Assembly: GCA_021789945.1 (NCBI GenBank)
Contig: JAJYIS010000005.1
Location: forward strand, 1 to 40,895
Length of the DNA: 40,895 nucleotides
Direction: 5' to 3'
Source: Thermoplasmata archaeon
GTDB lineage: Archaea > Thermoplasmatota > Thermoplasmata > UBA10834
Below, piece after piece: positions 1 through 8,970 of this stretch. How positions within the stretch are numbered: the stretch's first letter is position 1; each line of letters opens with the position of its first letter. Made by a program: the position numbers and the translations under genes. The notes below the pieces were generated by a model, which was not told the origin of the DNA, searched no databases, and saw only the letters and a program-made list of their open reading frames with translations.

Positions 1-2
1 CC

Positions 3-1148
3 TTGAAGCTCGGGAACGGTTACAACATCGGCATCCGTCTGGACGAGAAGTCGAGCGTGAAGCTCGTCTCGAGGCGCGAGAGCAAGGGCCGGAAGGCGAT
101 CACCCTGCCCGCGGACCCGTCCAAGAAGGATGTCGCCGTCATCAGCACTGGCGGGACCATCGCGTCCTATGTCGACTACCGCACCGGGGCCGTGCACCCG
201 GCCATATCCGCCGAGGAGCTGGTGTTCTCGGTGCCGGAGCTCATGGACCTCTGCAACGTCCGAGCGAAGGTGCTCTACTCCATCCTCAGCGAGAACATGA
301 AGGTCTCCCACTGGCAGGGGCTCGCGCGGGCGGTCGCCGCGGAGCTGAACTCCGGAGCCGTCGGCGTGATAATCCCCCACGGGACGGACACCATGGGCTT
401 CACATCGGCGGCCCTTTCGTTCATGCTGCGCAACCTCACGGGGCCGGTGATATGCGTGGGCGCCCAGCGCTCGTCCGACAGGCCGTCGTCGGACGCCATC
501 ACCAACCTGCTCGCAGCCACACGCCTCTGCGTGGAGGGCGACCTCGGAGAGGTCGTCGTGCTGATGCACGGCGAGTCGTCAGACTCGTACTGCCTGGCCC
601 ACAGGGGCACCAAGGTCAGGAAGATGCACTCGTCCAGGCGGGACGCCTTCAGGAGCATCAATATCGAGCCGATAGCCCGGGTCGAAGGCAGGGACATCCA
701 GTACCTCTCGCCCCACGAGGGGCGCTCCCCGGGCCCGGTGGAGCTCAAGGACAAGATAGACGGCCGGGCGAGCATGCTGCACTTCTACCCCGGGTTCGAG
801 GCCGATCACTTCGACCTCATCGCCCAGAAGGTCAAGGGGATAGTCGTCGCCGGCACCGGCCTGGGGCACATCTCCGAGGAGATCGTCGGGTCCGTGCAGA
901 GGGCCGTCAAGAACGGGGTCCACGTATACGTCACGACTCAATGCCTCTACGGAACCGTCAACCTTAACGTCTACTCCACGGGCAGGGACATGCTCGCGGC
1001 AGGGGCGATCCCGCTCGGGGACATGCTCCCGGAGACCGCCTATGTCAAGCTCATGTGGGCCATGGGCCAGGCTGAGGACCCTTCGGATGTCAAGAAGATC
1101 ATGTTGACGAACGTCGCCGGGGAGATGACCGGAAGGAGGTTCGTGTAG
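3..1148 (+). CDS. gatD: Glu-tRNA(Gln) amidotransferase subunit D (GatD), 5'-truncated by the window edge
   Basis: Asparaginase-like domain follows the N-terminal 'VISTGGTIAS' motif (TGGTIAS threonine-containing active site). The ORF runs from the window start with no upstream stop. GatE follows immediately, 1 nt after the TAG stop. Confidence 0.85.
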   Translation: MKLGNGYNIGIRLDEKSSVKLVSRRESKGRKAITLPADPSKKDVAVISTGGTIASYVDYRTGAVHPAISAEELVFSVPELMDLCNVRAKVLYSILSENMKVSHWQGLARAVAAELNSGAVGVIIPHGTDTMGFTSAALSFMLRNLTGPVICVGAQRSSDRPSSDAITNLLAATRLCVEGDLGEVVVLMHGESSDSYCLAHRGTKVRKMHSSRRDAFRSINIEPIARVEGRDIQYLSPHEGRSPGPVELKDKIDGRASMLHFYPGFEADHFDLIAQKVKGIVVAGTGLGHISEEIVGSVQRAVKNGVHVYVTTQCLYGTVNLNVYSTGRDMLAAGAIPLGDMLPETAYVKLMWAMGQAEDPSDVKKIMLTNVAGEMTGRRFV

Positions 1149-1149
1149 C

Positions 1150-3021
1150 TTGGATTACAGGAACCTCGGCCTGAAGGTAGGAATCGAGATCCACCAGCAG
1201 CTCAACACCGGCAAGCTGTTCTGCGAGTGCGAGACCGAGTTCTCGGAGGAGCACCACAAGGAGTTCATCCGGAGGCTCAGGCCGACCCAGAGCGAGATGG
1301 GCGAGATAGACCGCGCGGCGCTCGAGGAGTCCGAGCGGAAGCTGCACTTCAGGTACCAGACGGTCCCGTACTCATGCCTGGTCGAGGCCGACGAGGAGCC
1401 GCCCCACGACGCGAACAAGCGCGCGATCGAGGCCTCGCTCGAGATGGGCGCGATGCTCAACATGAGCGTCGTCGACGAGATCCACTTCATGCGCAAGATA
1501 GTCATCGACGGCTCGAACACCGGCGGGTTCCAGCGGACCGCCCTGATCGCGATGAACGGGAACGTCAGGGCCGCCGGGAGGGACATCGGCATATCCACCC
1601 TCTGCCTGGAGGAGGACGCCGCGCGCAGGATGGCGGAGCACGGGAGCGAGGTGACCTTCCGGCTGGACAGGCTCGGGATACCGCTCGTCGAGATCGCCAC
1701 CGAGCCGGTCATAGGCACTCCGGATGAGGCGAGGCTGGTCGCCGAGCGCCTTGGGATGCTCCTTCGGTCGACGAGGATGGTCAGGCGCGGGATAGGCACC
1801 ATCAGGGAGGACATCAACATCTCGGTCTCGGGCGGGGCGAGGGTGGAGATCAAGGGGGCCCAGGACCTAAGGCTCCTTCACATCTACATCGAGGAGGAGG
1901 TCAAGAGGCAGCTCGCGCTCCTCGAAGTCAAGAAGGTCCTCAGGGAGAGGGGCGCCACCGCGGTCCAGCCGGTCGTTAAGGACCTGACAGGGCTCTTCAG
2001 GGAGACGAAGTGCAAGGTCCTCAAGGCGATCATCGAAGACCATGGCAGGATCCTTGGTGCGAACCTCCCGAAGTTCGCGCACACCCTTGGCCCGACGGAG
2101 GACGGCGTGATGCGGCTCGGGCCAGAGATGGCGGCGCACGCGCGCGTGGCAGGCGTGAAGGGCCTGTTCCACTCGGACGAGCTCCCGGGATACGGCGTGG
2201 CCGTCGCCGAGGTCGAGGACGTGAGGTCGGCTCTCGGGGTAGAGGCCGAGGACGCGTTCGTCATCGTCGCAGAGGAGGAGGACAAGGCCAGGGCGGCGAT
2301 CGCGAAGGCCGTCGAGCGCGCGAACGTGGCGGTCGAGGGTGTCCCTGAGGAGACGAGGGACCCGCTTCCGGACGGCCAGACGGTATACAGCAGGCCGCTG
2401 CCCGGCAAGGAGAGGATGTACCCCGAGACGGACGTGCGGCCGATACTGATCGACGAGAAGCTCCTCGAGAGCATCAGGCTGAACCTGCCGGAGCTGCCGG
2501 AGAACAAGATCGCGCGGTTCGTCAAGGACTTCTCCCTCAGCAAGGAGCAGGCCGAGGCCATGGTCAAGAGCGGCTACGAGGACGAGTTCGAGCTGCTCGC
2601 GGCCCAGTTCGGGAGCTCGCAGGTGGTCGCCAGGATCTACCTCAACACCTATCCCGAGCTCGAGAAGGCCGGGCTGGACCCTGCCAAGCTGAAGGTCGAT
2701 GTCATCAAGGACGTGCTCGGCGGTCTGAAGGGCGGCTCCTTCGCGAAGGAGGCGATCCCGAAGATACTGGCCTCCATCCTCGAGAACGGCGTCGAGGTCA
2801 AGCGCGCGATCGAGGCCGTCGGCGTGGAGAAGGTGGACCTTGAGGCCGTCAGGGAGCTGTGCGACCGTGTGGTCAAGGAGAGAGAGTCGTTCATCCGGGA
2901 GCGGGGAGAGAACAGCCTCGGCCCGCTCATGGGCATCGTGATGAAGGAGCTCAGGGGCAGGGTGGACGGCCAGGTGATCAGCGAGGTTTTGCGCGAGAGG
3001 ATACGACTGCTCCTGAAGTAG
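1150..3021 (+). CDS. gatE: Glu-tRNA(Gln) amidotransferase subunit E (GatE)
   Basis: N-terminus '(M)DYRNLGLKVGIEIHQQLNTGKLFCEC' matches the GatE/GatB-like N-terminus. Length is 623 aa. TTG start at 1150 is preceded by GGAGGT and lies 1 nt after the gatD stop, the archaeal gatDE operon arrangement. Confidence 0.85.
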   Translation: MDYRNLGLKVGIEIHQQLNTGKLFCECETEFSEEHHKEFIRRLRPTQSEMGEIDRAALEESERKLHFRYQTVPYSCLVEADEEPPHDANKRAIEASLEMGAMLNMSVVDEIHFMRKIVIDGSNTGGFQRTALIAMNGNVRAAGRDIGISTLCLEEDAARRMAEHGSEVTFRLDRLGIPLVEIATEPVIGTPDEARLVAERLGMLLRSTRMVRRGIGTIREDINISVSGGARVEIKGAQDLRLLHIYIEEEVKRQLALLEVKKVLRERGATAVQPVVKDLTGLFRETKCKVLKAIIEDHGRILGANLPKFAHTLGPTEDGVMRLGPEMAAHARVAGVKGLFHSDELPGYGVAVAEVEDVRSALGVEAEDAFVIVAEEEDKARAAIAKAVERANVAVEGVPEETRDPLPDGQTVYSRPLPGKERMYPETDVRPILIDEKLLESIRLNLPELPENKIARFVKDFSLSKEQAEAMVKSGYEDEFELLAAQFGSSQVVARIYLNTYPELEKAGLDPAKLKVDVIKDVLGGLKGGSFAKEAIPKILASILENGVEVKRAIEAVGVEKVDLEAVRELCDRVVKERESFIRERGENSLGPLMGIVMKELRGRVDGQVISEVLRERIRLLLK

Positions 3022-3175
3022 GGGGCTTCTCTGTCAGGAGCGTCAGAAAACCCCTGCAGTACTCGATCGCGGAGCCGATGTCGGTGTCCTTCGTCTGGAG
3101 GAACCGCCGGCAGAGCTCGTCAAGGTCCTCGGGGTTGTTGTACTTCCTCGGTCTTTCCTGCTCCACTTGTGCCAT
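2978..3175 (-). CDS. hypothetical small protein (about 66 aa), tail overlapping the gatE 3' end by 44 nt
   Basis: ATG confirmed as CAT at 3173-3175. Minus-strand upstream is sharply AT-rich, with TTTAATAT and CTATAAT-like boxes within 45 nt, in otherwise GC-rich DNA. Peptide 'MAQVEQERPRKYNNPEDLDELCRRFLQTKDTDIGSAIEYC...' has non-shadow composition. I do not recognise a family. Confidence 0.3.
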   Translation of the reverse strand: MAQVEQERPRKYNNPEDLDELCRRFLQTKDTDIGSAIEYCRGFLTLLTEKPPTSGAVVSSRAKPR

Positions 3176-3233
3176 CCCCGGGACTGGATTCTGTAGATTA
3201 TAGCGTGTGATATTAAATCTTCGCTTTTCAGAT

Positions 3234-3827
3234 TCATACGGTTCCGACCCTGGGTCGGAACCTGTAGGCGTAGATGGACTCGAAGAACATGTGCCTCTCC
3301 TCAATCATCTCGGCATCGTACCTCTGCCTCGCCGACTTGAGGACCGAGGTCAATCCGCCGAGGGACGAGAGTATCAGGTAGATCCTCCCGCCGGGCAGGG
3401 CATGCCTCCAGGCCTCGTCCAGGAACCTGATGGCCGTCTCACCGCCCTCGGAGCCGCCCGCCCAGGACTTCTCTATCCAGCTGGTGGACCTCGTCTCCTC
3501 CGGCAGGTAGGGCGGGTTGAACGCGATGACGTCGAAGTCGCCTTGGATGTTCTCGAAGAGGTCGCTCACGACCGCCTCCACCCGGAGGTTGTTCCTGGCG
3601 GCGTTCCTCCTCGTGCACTCCACGGCGTTCGGGTTGATGTCCGCAGCCTTGACGGTCGCGCCAGCCTTCGCTGCGTGGAGGGATAGGAGCCCCGAGCCGC
3701 ACCCCATCTCGAGGAACCGCTCTCCCGGCGAGACCTCCATCACCTTGAGCAGCAGGAACGAGTCGTCACTCGGGCCGTACACCTCGTCGGACTCTATGAC
3801 CACGTCCAGGGAATTGTCCAGTTGCAC
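3234..3827 (-). CDS. class I SAM-dependent methyltransferase, HemK/Mtq2-like (release-factor glutamine N5-methyltransferase family)
   Basis: SAM-binding motif 'VLEMGCGSGLLSL'. 'DVIAFNPPYLP' is the NPPY motif of N5-glutamine/N6-adenine methyltransferases. Start is GTG at 3825-3827. Confidence 0.7.
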   Translation of the reverse strand: MQLDNSLDVVIESDEVYGPSDDSFLLLKVMEVSPGERFLEMGCGSGLLSLHAAKAGATVKAADINPNAVECTRRNAARNNLRVEAVVSDLFENIQGDFDVIAFNPPYLPEETRSTSWIEKSWAGGSEGGETAIRFLDEAWRHALPGGRIYLILSSLGGLTSVLKSARQRYDAEMIEERHMFFESIYAYRFRPRVGTV

Positions 3828-3910
3828 GCCGAAGATAAAGGGCTGGCCGGGCTTAAGGTTTTACTAGATGAACAGTATCCCTGACAGGCACCTGGCGGAG
3901 TGAAGGCGAA

Positions 3911-4756
3911 TTGAATCCGTTGGCCGTAATCGCGCTCCTGATCATTGTCTTCAGCGTCGTCCTCTCCATCTGGAGGAAGATCGCGTTCGTCGCAGCGACA
4001 GCAGGCGCGTGCATCGTGATCTTCGGGCTGAGCCTCGCGTTCAACTCGCTCGAACCTATCGCCTTCTACCCGTTCGACCTGATTGACCCTGCCAGGATCT
4101 ACACTCTGATCACGTCGATGTACGCCCACGCCTCGATCGACCATCTGCTGTTCAACATGATCGCGCTCGTGCTGATCGGGATCATACTCGAGCAGCGGAT
4201 CGGGACAGTGCCGTTCATCCTCCTGTACTTCGTCTCGGGGCTCGTCGGGACCTTGGCGTACGCGTTCTCGTCATGGAGTGACATCAGCGCTGCCGTGGTC
4301 GGGGCCTCAGGGGCGATAAGCGGGATCCTGGGCGGGCTCGCGCGGCTCTACCCGAACGAGCGGATGGCGCTGCTCTTTCTCCCGACATATCCCATGCGCA
4401 TCTCGACTATCGTCCTCATCTTCGTCGGAATCCAGTTCATCTTCGTGTTCGTAGGAGATGTCGCATGGCAATCCCACCTGGGCGGTCTTGCCGCAGGCAT
4501 CCTTCTCGCCCCACTGGTCGTGAAGGTCCGTCCTCGGGAGAGGACGCGCAGGGGAGTGTCGGTCGCCGCTCTGAGGAAGCTCGCAGTCACGCCAGAGCTT
4601 AAGGAAATGCTGCGGAGGGTCGAGTCAGAGACCGTGCCCGATGTCAGGGACGCGTGGACCGAGCACTTCCTCTCGAAGGCGAGATGTCCTATATGCGGGT
4701 CGCCGATTACGGTCTCGAGGGATTCCGTCAGATGCAGCCGAGGGCATCTGCTGTAG
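3911..4756 (+). CDS. rhomboid-family intramembrane serine protease with a C-terminal Cys-rich (zinc-ribbon-like) tail
   Basis: Multiple TM helices, the catalytic 'GASGAISG' GxSG motif and a downstream His in a TM helix ('QSHLGGLAAG'). The C-terminal 'CPICGSP...RCSRGH' suggests a small Zn-binding module. TTG start per ORF track; true start uncertain. Confidence 0.7.
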   Translation: MNPLAVIALLIIVFSVVLSIWRKIAFVAATAGACIVIFGLSLAFNSLEPIAFYPFDLIDPARIYTLITSMYAHASIDHLLFNMIALVLIGIILEQRIGTVPFILLYFVSGLVGTLAYAFSSWSDISAAVVGASGAISGILGGLARLYPNERMALLFLPTYPMRISTIVLIFVGIQFIFVFVGDVAWQSHLGGLAAGILLAPLVVKVRPRERTRRGVSVAALRKLAVTPELKEMLRRVESETVPDVRDAWTEHFLSKARCPICGSPITVSRDSVRCSRGHLL

Positions 4757-5340
4757 CGGCCGACAGGCCGCGGGTGCGCCTGGTGAGGAAGGGCTCCCTG
4801 GTCAGGGAGGGCGCGCGCGTGGTGGACGCGTCGTCCACGGTGACGCTCGTTGAGGCATCCGGCAAGCATATCATCGTCGACACGGGCCTCCCGCGCGACT
4901 GCGACAAGCTGCTGTTCGACCTGAATTCCATGAGGGCCGATCCCGAGACGGTGGACGTCGTCGTCAACACCCACCTCCACATGGACCACTGTGGCTGCAA
5001 CGAGCTCTTCCCGAACGCCATCGTCTATGCGCACGTGCTGGAGGACCCGCCTGTCGGGACGAACCGGGTCTCGGGAGCGGTCACGCTCCTGCCTGGGGTG
5101 GAGATCGTCCCGACGCCTGGGCACACGCCCGGGAGCGTATCGGTGTTCGTCAGCGCGGAGAAGAGGTACGCGATCTGCGGCGACGCCATCCCCCAGAAGG
5201 CGAACTACGATTCGAACACTCCTCCCGCGATCGCGTTCGACAGAGGCCTCGCGACGAAGAGCATGGAGATGATAATCGGGTGGGCCCAGATCATCATCCC
5301 GGGGCACGACGGCCCGTTCGATGTAGTCGGAAAGAGGTAA
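4732..5340 (+). CDS. MBL-fold metallo-hydrolase
   Basis: Motifs 'VNTHLHMDHCGCN' (HxHxDH), 'PTPGHTPGS' and 'GHDGP'. The long ORF frame begins at GTG 4654 inside the rhomboid gene. ATG at 4732 overlaps the rhomboid by 25 nt; GTG at 4774 is a non-overlapping alternative. Confidence 0.7.
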   Translation: MQPRASAVAADRPRVRLVRKGSLVREGARVVDASSTVTLVEASGKHIIVDTGLPRDCDKLLFDLNSMRADPETVDVVVNTHLHMDHCGCNELFPNAIVYAHVLEDPPVGTNRVSGAVTLLPGVEIVPTPGHTPGSVSVFVSAEKRYAICGDAIPQKANYDSNTPPAIAFDRGLATKSMEMIIGWAQIIIPGHDGPFDVVGKR

Positions 5341-5367
5341 TATGATGGAGCGCGATGACCTCGTCAT

Positions 5368-5970
5368 ATGGGCGTCCCAACATCGGTAATGGTCGAGTGC
5401 CCCATCTGCAAGCAGGAGACCCTCCACGAGGTGCTCTCAGCGAAGCTCGGGGGCAAGGCGACTGCCGTCATGGACTCGACCGTAAAGTGCCGGGAGTGCG
5501 GCCATGTCCACCACGTCGTGATCAAGGTCGAGAAGCCGGTCGAAATACCTGTCGTCATCAGCTGGCTGGAGAAGTCAACCCGTACCAAGATATCCCTCGG
5601 CCCGGACGAGCTGATATCCATCGATGACGAGATCATGTGCGGCGAGGAGCCGGTGCTGATCACGGCCATCGAGTCGAAGGGATCGAGGCCCAGGAAGGCG
5701 AAGGCGCGGGACATCGATACCCTGTGGGGCAAGAGGTTCTCGAAGGTCCGCGTGCCGTTCTCGATCAGCCATGCGGGCAAGTCATACTCCGACCACGTCC
5801 TCGCGGTCCCGGACGAGGAGTTCTTCGTCGGCGACATCATAACCGTCGGGAAGCGCGAGGTCGTCATCCACACCATCAAGACCAAGGGCAGGGTCTTCCG
5901 GACGGGTGGGGTCCAGGCCAGGGAGATCGTGAGGGCCTACGGGACCGTCGTGAGAAAGTCGTCGTACTGA
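5368..5970 (+). CDS. hypothetical protein with an N-terminal C4 zinc ribbon
   Basis: ATG confirmed at 5368. 'CPICKQ...(27 aa)...CRECGH' forms a CxxC...CxxC ribbon. The remainder is beta-rich and basic. Function unknown. Confidence 0.5.
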   Translation: MGVPTSVMVECPICKQETLHEVLSAKLGGKATAVMDSTVKCRECGHVHHVVIKVEKPVEIPVVISWLEKSTRTKISLGPDELISIDDEIMCGEEPVLITAIESKGSRPRKAKARDIDTLWGKRFSKVRVPFSISHAGKSYSDHVLAVPDEEFFVGDIITVGKREVVIHTIKTKGRVFRTGGVQAREIVRAYGTVVRKSSY

Positions 5971-6015
5971 ACTCAGCCGTCACCTATTAGCATCGTGTAG
6001 CTTATCAGGGCCTCG

Positions 6016-6669
6016 ATGGAGGACTTCGAGGCCGATAGGGACCGGCTCGTGGACGATCTCAAGCACCGCGGTTACGTCTCGAGCAAGGCCGTCGAGAGGG
6101 CCATGAGGCGCGTGCCCAGGGAGGAGTTCCTGCCGGACGGCTTGAGGGGCGAGGCGTACGTCGACACCCCCCTGCCGATAGGCGAGGGCCAGACGATCTC
6201 GGCCCCGCACATGGTCGCGATAATGTCGGAGCAGCTCGACCTCTCGTCCGGCCTGAAGGTCCTCGAGATAGGCGCGGGGTCGGGGTACCACGCCGCGGTG
6301 TGCGCGGAGCTCGTCTCGCCCGACGGGCACGTGTGGACCGTCGAGAGGATAACATCCCTGGCGAAGTTCGCGGAGGACAACCTCAAGAAGGCCGGATACG
6401 CCGAGTGGGTGACGGTCGTGATCGGCGACGGCACGAACGGCCTCGCTGAGCACGCCCCGTACGACAGAATATTCGTCGCCGCGGGAGCCCCCCAGATACC
6501 GAAGCCCCTGACCGACCAGCTGGCCGAGGGCGGGAAGATGCTCATCCCTCTGGGGGGAAGGTACTACCAGGACTTGGTCAGGATCATCCGAAGGAATGGC
6601 GCGCTCGAGAAGGTGAACCTCGGGGGCTGCGTGTTCGTGCCGCTCATCGGCGAGCACGGGTATCGATGA
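6016..6669 (+). CDS. pcm: protein-L-isoaspartate O-methyltransferase
   Basis: 'GEGQTISAPHMVAIM' and 'VLEIGAGSGYHAAV' are classic PIMT motifs. Length is 217 aa. Confidence 0.85.
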   Translation: MEDFEADRDRLVDDLKHRGYVSSKAVERAMRRVPREEFLPDGLRGEAYVDTPLPIGEGQTISAPHMVAIMSEQLDLSSGLKVLEIGAGSGYHAAVCAELVSPDGHVWTVERITSLAKFAEDNLKKAGYAEWVTVVIGDGTNGLAEHAPYDRIFVAAGAPQIPKPLTDQLAEGGKMLIPLGGRYYQDLVRIIRRNGALEKVNLGGCVFVPLIGEHGYR

Positions 6670-7297
6670 ACTTGAGGATCCCTGCGAGGTCCTTCTCCTT
6701 CACGACCGCGTCCGCCTGCTTCTTGACCTCGGGGTCCGACGGGTAGAACGCGATCCCGAAAGACGACCTCTCGAACATGGGTATGTCGTATCTCGAGTTG
6801 CCGACGCTGACGATGTCCTTCATGTCCGCGCCGACCGCGTGGGCGGCGGCGGTGACCGCGTCCCCCTTGTCCATGAGGCGCACCTTGAGCACGCCCTCCC
6901 CCGTCAGCCTGCCCTCTGCGTCAGTGACGAACCCGTTCGCGTAGTGGAGGTCGATCGAGAGCTCGCGCGAAATCCTCTCGGCCAGCAGGTCGATCCCAGC
7001 CGACACGATCGCCGTCTTGAAGCCGGCTCCCCTCAGCTGCTTGATCGTCTCGCGCGCGCCCGGCATGAGGGGCACATCGGACAGGAGCTCGTCTATCCTG
7101 TCGGCGGTTATCCCGGGCTCCTTCCTCATCCACAACCGGATGTCCCTGCTGATGAACTCGAGGTCGTCGATCTCTCCCCTGAGGTACTCGTACAAGGACT
7201 GGTCGTTGGAGACCTTGAAGTGCTTGTGGACGTGCACCCAAGAGCTGGGGCAGTCCGCGAGCACGCCGTCCATGTCGAACGCGACCAGCCTGGCCAT
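6644..7297 (-). CDS. HAD-superfamily hydrolase, subfamily IB (phosphoserine phosphatase-like)
   Basis: 'VAFDMDGVL' is the DxDG nucleophile motif. Also 'IVSAGID' and a 'GDxxxD'-type motif IV ('GNSRYDIPM'). ATG at 7295-7297 (minus) is leaderless relative to the TATA at 7317-7327. A GTG at 7312 is an alternative start. The 3' end overlaps pcm by 26 nt (convergent). Confidence 0.7.
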   Translation of the reverse strand: MARLVAFDMDGVLADCPSSWVHVHKHFKVSNDQSLYEYLRGEIDDLEFISRDIRLWMRKEPGITADRIDELLSDVPLMPGARETIKQLRGAGFKTAIVSAGIDLLAERISRELSIDLHYANGFVTDAEGRLTGEGVLKVRLMDKGDAVTAAAHAVGADMKDIVSVGNSRYDIPMFERSSFGIAFYPSDPEVKKQADAVVKEKDLAGILKFIDTRARR

Positions 7298-7349
7298 GGC
7301 CGTCCATGGCACAAGGTTTATTAAAAACTCTCCTCATGGGCCCTATCCC

Positions 7350-8051
7350 ATGATAACCATCATCGGCGTCGGGCACGTGTTCCAGCTGTCCGACAACATC
7401 AAGGACATCATCCGCTCCAGGCGGCCCGAGGTCGTGTGCCTCGAGCTGGACCCCGGGAGGTTCCACGCACTCACCGAGAAGGTCTCGAGGGGCTCCGTGC
7501 CCCTGCAGTACCGCGTCCTCGCGTACATCCAGAAGCGGATGGCGGACAAGTTCGGGAGCGAGGTCGGGGACGAGATGCTGGCCGCTGTCGGCGCCGCCAG
7601 GGAGGTCGGGGCCCAGGTCGCGCTGATCGACATGGACTCCACGAGGGTCTTCGCGCAGCTCTGGGCCAGGATGTCGTTCAAGGAGAGGCTGCACCTCATC
7701 GGCGGGGCGTTCGCGGGCCTGTTCATGACCAAGGAACGGGTCGAGAAGGAAGTCGAGAACTACGAGGAGCACCAGGACGTCTACATCGAGGCCCTCGGGG
7801 ACGGGTTCCCCACCATCAAGGAGGTCCTCATAGACGACCGGAACAAGTTCATGGCCGCCAACCTCACTAGCATCTCGTCGTCGCACTCGAGCGTGGTGGC
7901 CGTCGTGGGGGACGGTCATGTCCCCGGGCTCTTGGAGGCCCTGAAGCCGCTCGAGGTCGAGACGGTCAGGCTCAAGGAGCTGAGGAGGCCGCGCGAGCCG
8001 TCGGCGGGCGGAACGGAGGTCAGCTCGTCCTTCTGGTACCACAGCCAGTAG
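7350..8051 (+). CDS. TraB/GumN-family protein
   Basis: 'MITIIGVGHVFQLSDN...VVCLELD' is the TraB-family N-terminus. ATG verified at 7350. The six-frame ORF start at 7017 is an upstream read-through extension. Confidence 0.6.
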   Translation: MITIIGVGHVFQLSDNIKDIIRSRRPEVVCLELDPGRFHALTEKVSRGSVPLQYRVLAYIQKRMADKFGSEVGDEMLAAVGAAREVGAQVALIDMDSTRVFAQLWARMSFKERLHLIGGAFAGLFMTKERVEKEVENYEEHQDVYIEALGDGFPTIKEVLIDDRNKFMAANLTSISSSHSSVVAVVGDGHVPGLLEALKPLEVETVRLKELRRPREPSAGGTEVSSSFWYHSQ

Positions 8052-8128
8052 CCCCCGCGCATGTTCAGGCCGCATGGGAAAGCATTTTGACCGTGTAGCA
8101 CTCTCTCGCAACCCCAGGTGGAAGCGCA

Positions 8129-8845
8129 TTGAAGGTAGTGCTCCTCAACTTCACGAAGGACCCGGACAGGATCTCCGCCGCGGCCGCCCAGTCGTGCTAC
8201 TCCGAGAAGGGCGCGTCCGAGCTTTTCGAGACGACCACGGACGAGAAGGCCAAGAAGATGATCAAGAAGGTCGTGGGCATGGGCCATCTCTCGGTGGTCG
8301 AGCACGCGTACTTCACGTTCAGCATAGAGGGCGTCTCGAGATCCTTGACCCATCAGCTGGTGAGGCACAGGATAGCCTCCTACTCACAGCAGAGCCAGAG
8401 GTACGTGTCAATGGACCGGTCGCAGTTCGTCCTCCCGCCGTCGATCGCAGGGGACCCGGAGGCGCGGAAGCTGTACAAGGCCGCCATGGACGAGTCCTGG
8501 AAGGCCTATCGAGAGCTCGCGAAGAAGGTCCCGAAGGAGGACGCGAGGTACGTGCTGCCGAACGCGTGCAACACCAACATCACCGTCACCATGAACGCGA
8601 GGGAGCTTTGGCACTTCTTCAGCCTGAGATGTTGCAGGAGGGCTCAGTGGGAGATCCGGATGATGGCCTGGAAGATGCTCGCGGAGGCGAAGAAGGCCGC
8701 TCCTATCCTGTTCGAGGACGCCGGCCCCGGCTGCTTCAGAGGGCCGTGTCCAGAAGGCGAGTACGCCTGCGGCAGGCCGTACAAGAAGGGCCAGATGCCT
8801 TCGGAAGAGGAGATGCTCGTCGAGAGCGGGAAGCCCGAGCCTTAG
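8129..8845 (+). CDS. thyX: flavin-dependent thymidylate synthase ThyX
   Basis: 'RHRIASYSQQSQRY' is the ThyX signature RHRxxxxxxxSxR. TTG start. Confidence 0.85.
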   Translation: MKVVLLNFTKDPDRISAAAAQSCYSEKGASELFETTTDEKAKKMIKKVVGMGHLSVVEHAYFTFSIEGVSRSLTHQLVRHRIASYSQQSQRYVSMDRSQFVLPPSIAGDPEARKLYKAAMDESWKAYRELAKKVPKEDARYVLPNACNTNITVTMNARELWHFFSLRCCRRAQWEIRMMAWKMLAEAKKAAPILFEDAGPGCFRGPCPEGEYACGRPYKKGQMPSEEEMLVESGKPEP

Positions 8846-8922
8846 CCGATTCTGCTCGAAGATATGCAGAGCCAGCATGTCTGCAGATTCTTCAACCGCG
8901 ATGTCGCCACGCCCCGCAAACC

Positions 8923-8930
8923 ATATATAG
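8923..8930 (+). promoter_or_regulatory. TATA-box-like element (ATATATAG) upstream of rps17e
   Basis: AT-rich octamer in GC-rich DNA about 41-48 nt upstream of ATG 8971. A GGTGA Shine-Dalgarno sits 6 nt before the ATG. Confidence 0.5.
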
Positions 8931-8970
8931 GGCCTGGCCTTTCCCAGCTCTCTAACGGTTAGGTGAGCCA

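Noticed and set aside
452-967. Long ORFs in alternative frames or on the opposite strand of gatD, gatE, mttB, the surface protein gene, the hdrA-like gene and others. Examples: 452-967+, 1227-1727+, 1884-2567-, 12994-13773-, 22862-23596-, 36564-37808-, 38198-39730+, 39774-40751-.
   Set aside because: These are Arg/Pro/Gly/Ala-rich low-complexity translations. They are classic shadow ORFs of high-GC coding DNA and are fully contained in better-supported genes with recognisable domains.
8074-8955. 293-aa ORF overlapping thyX in a different frame.
   Set aside because: It is a shadow frame with R/G/E-rich composition. The thyX frame carries the diagnostic RHRxxxxxxxSxR motif.
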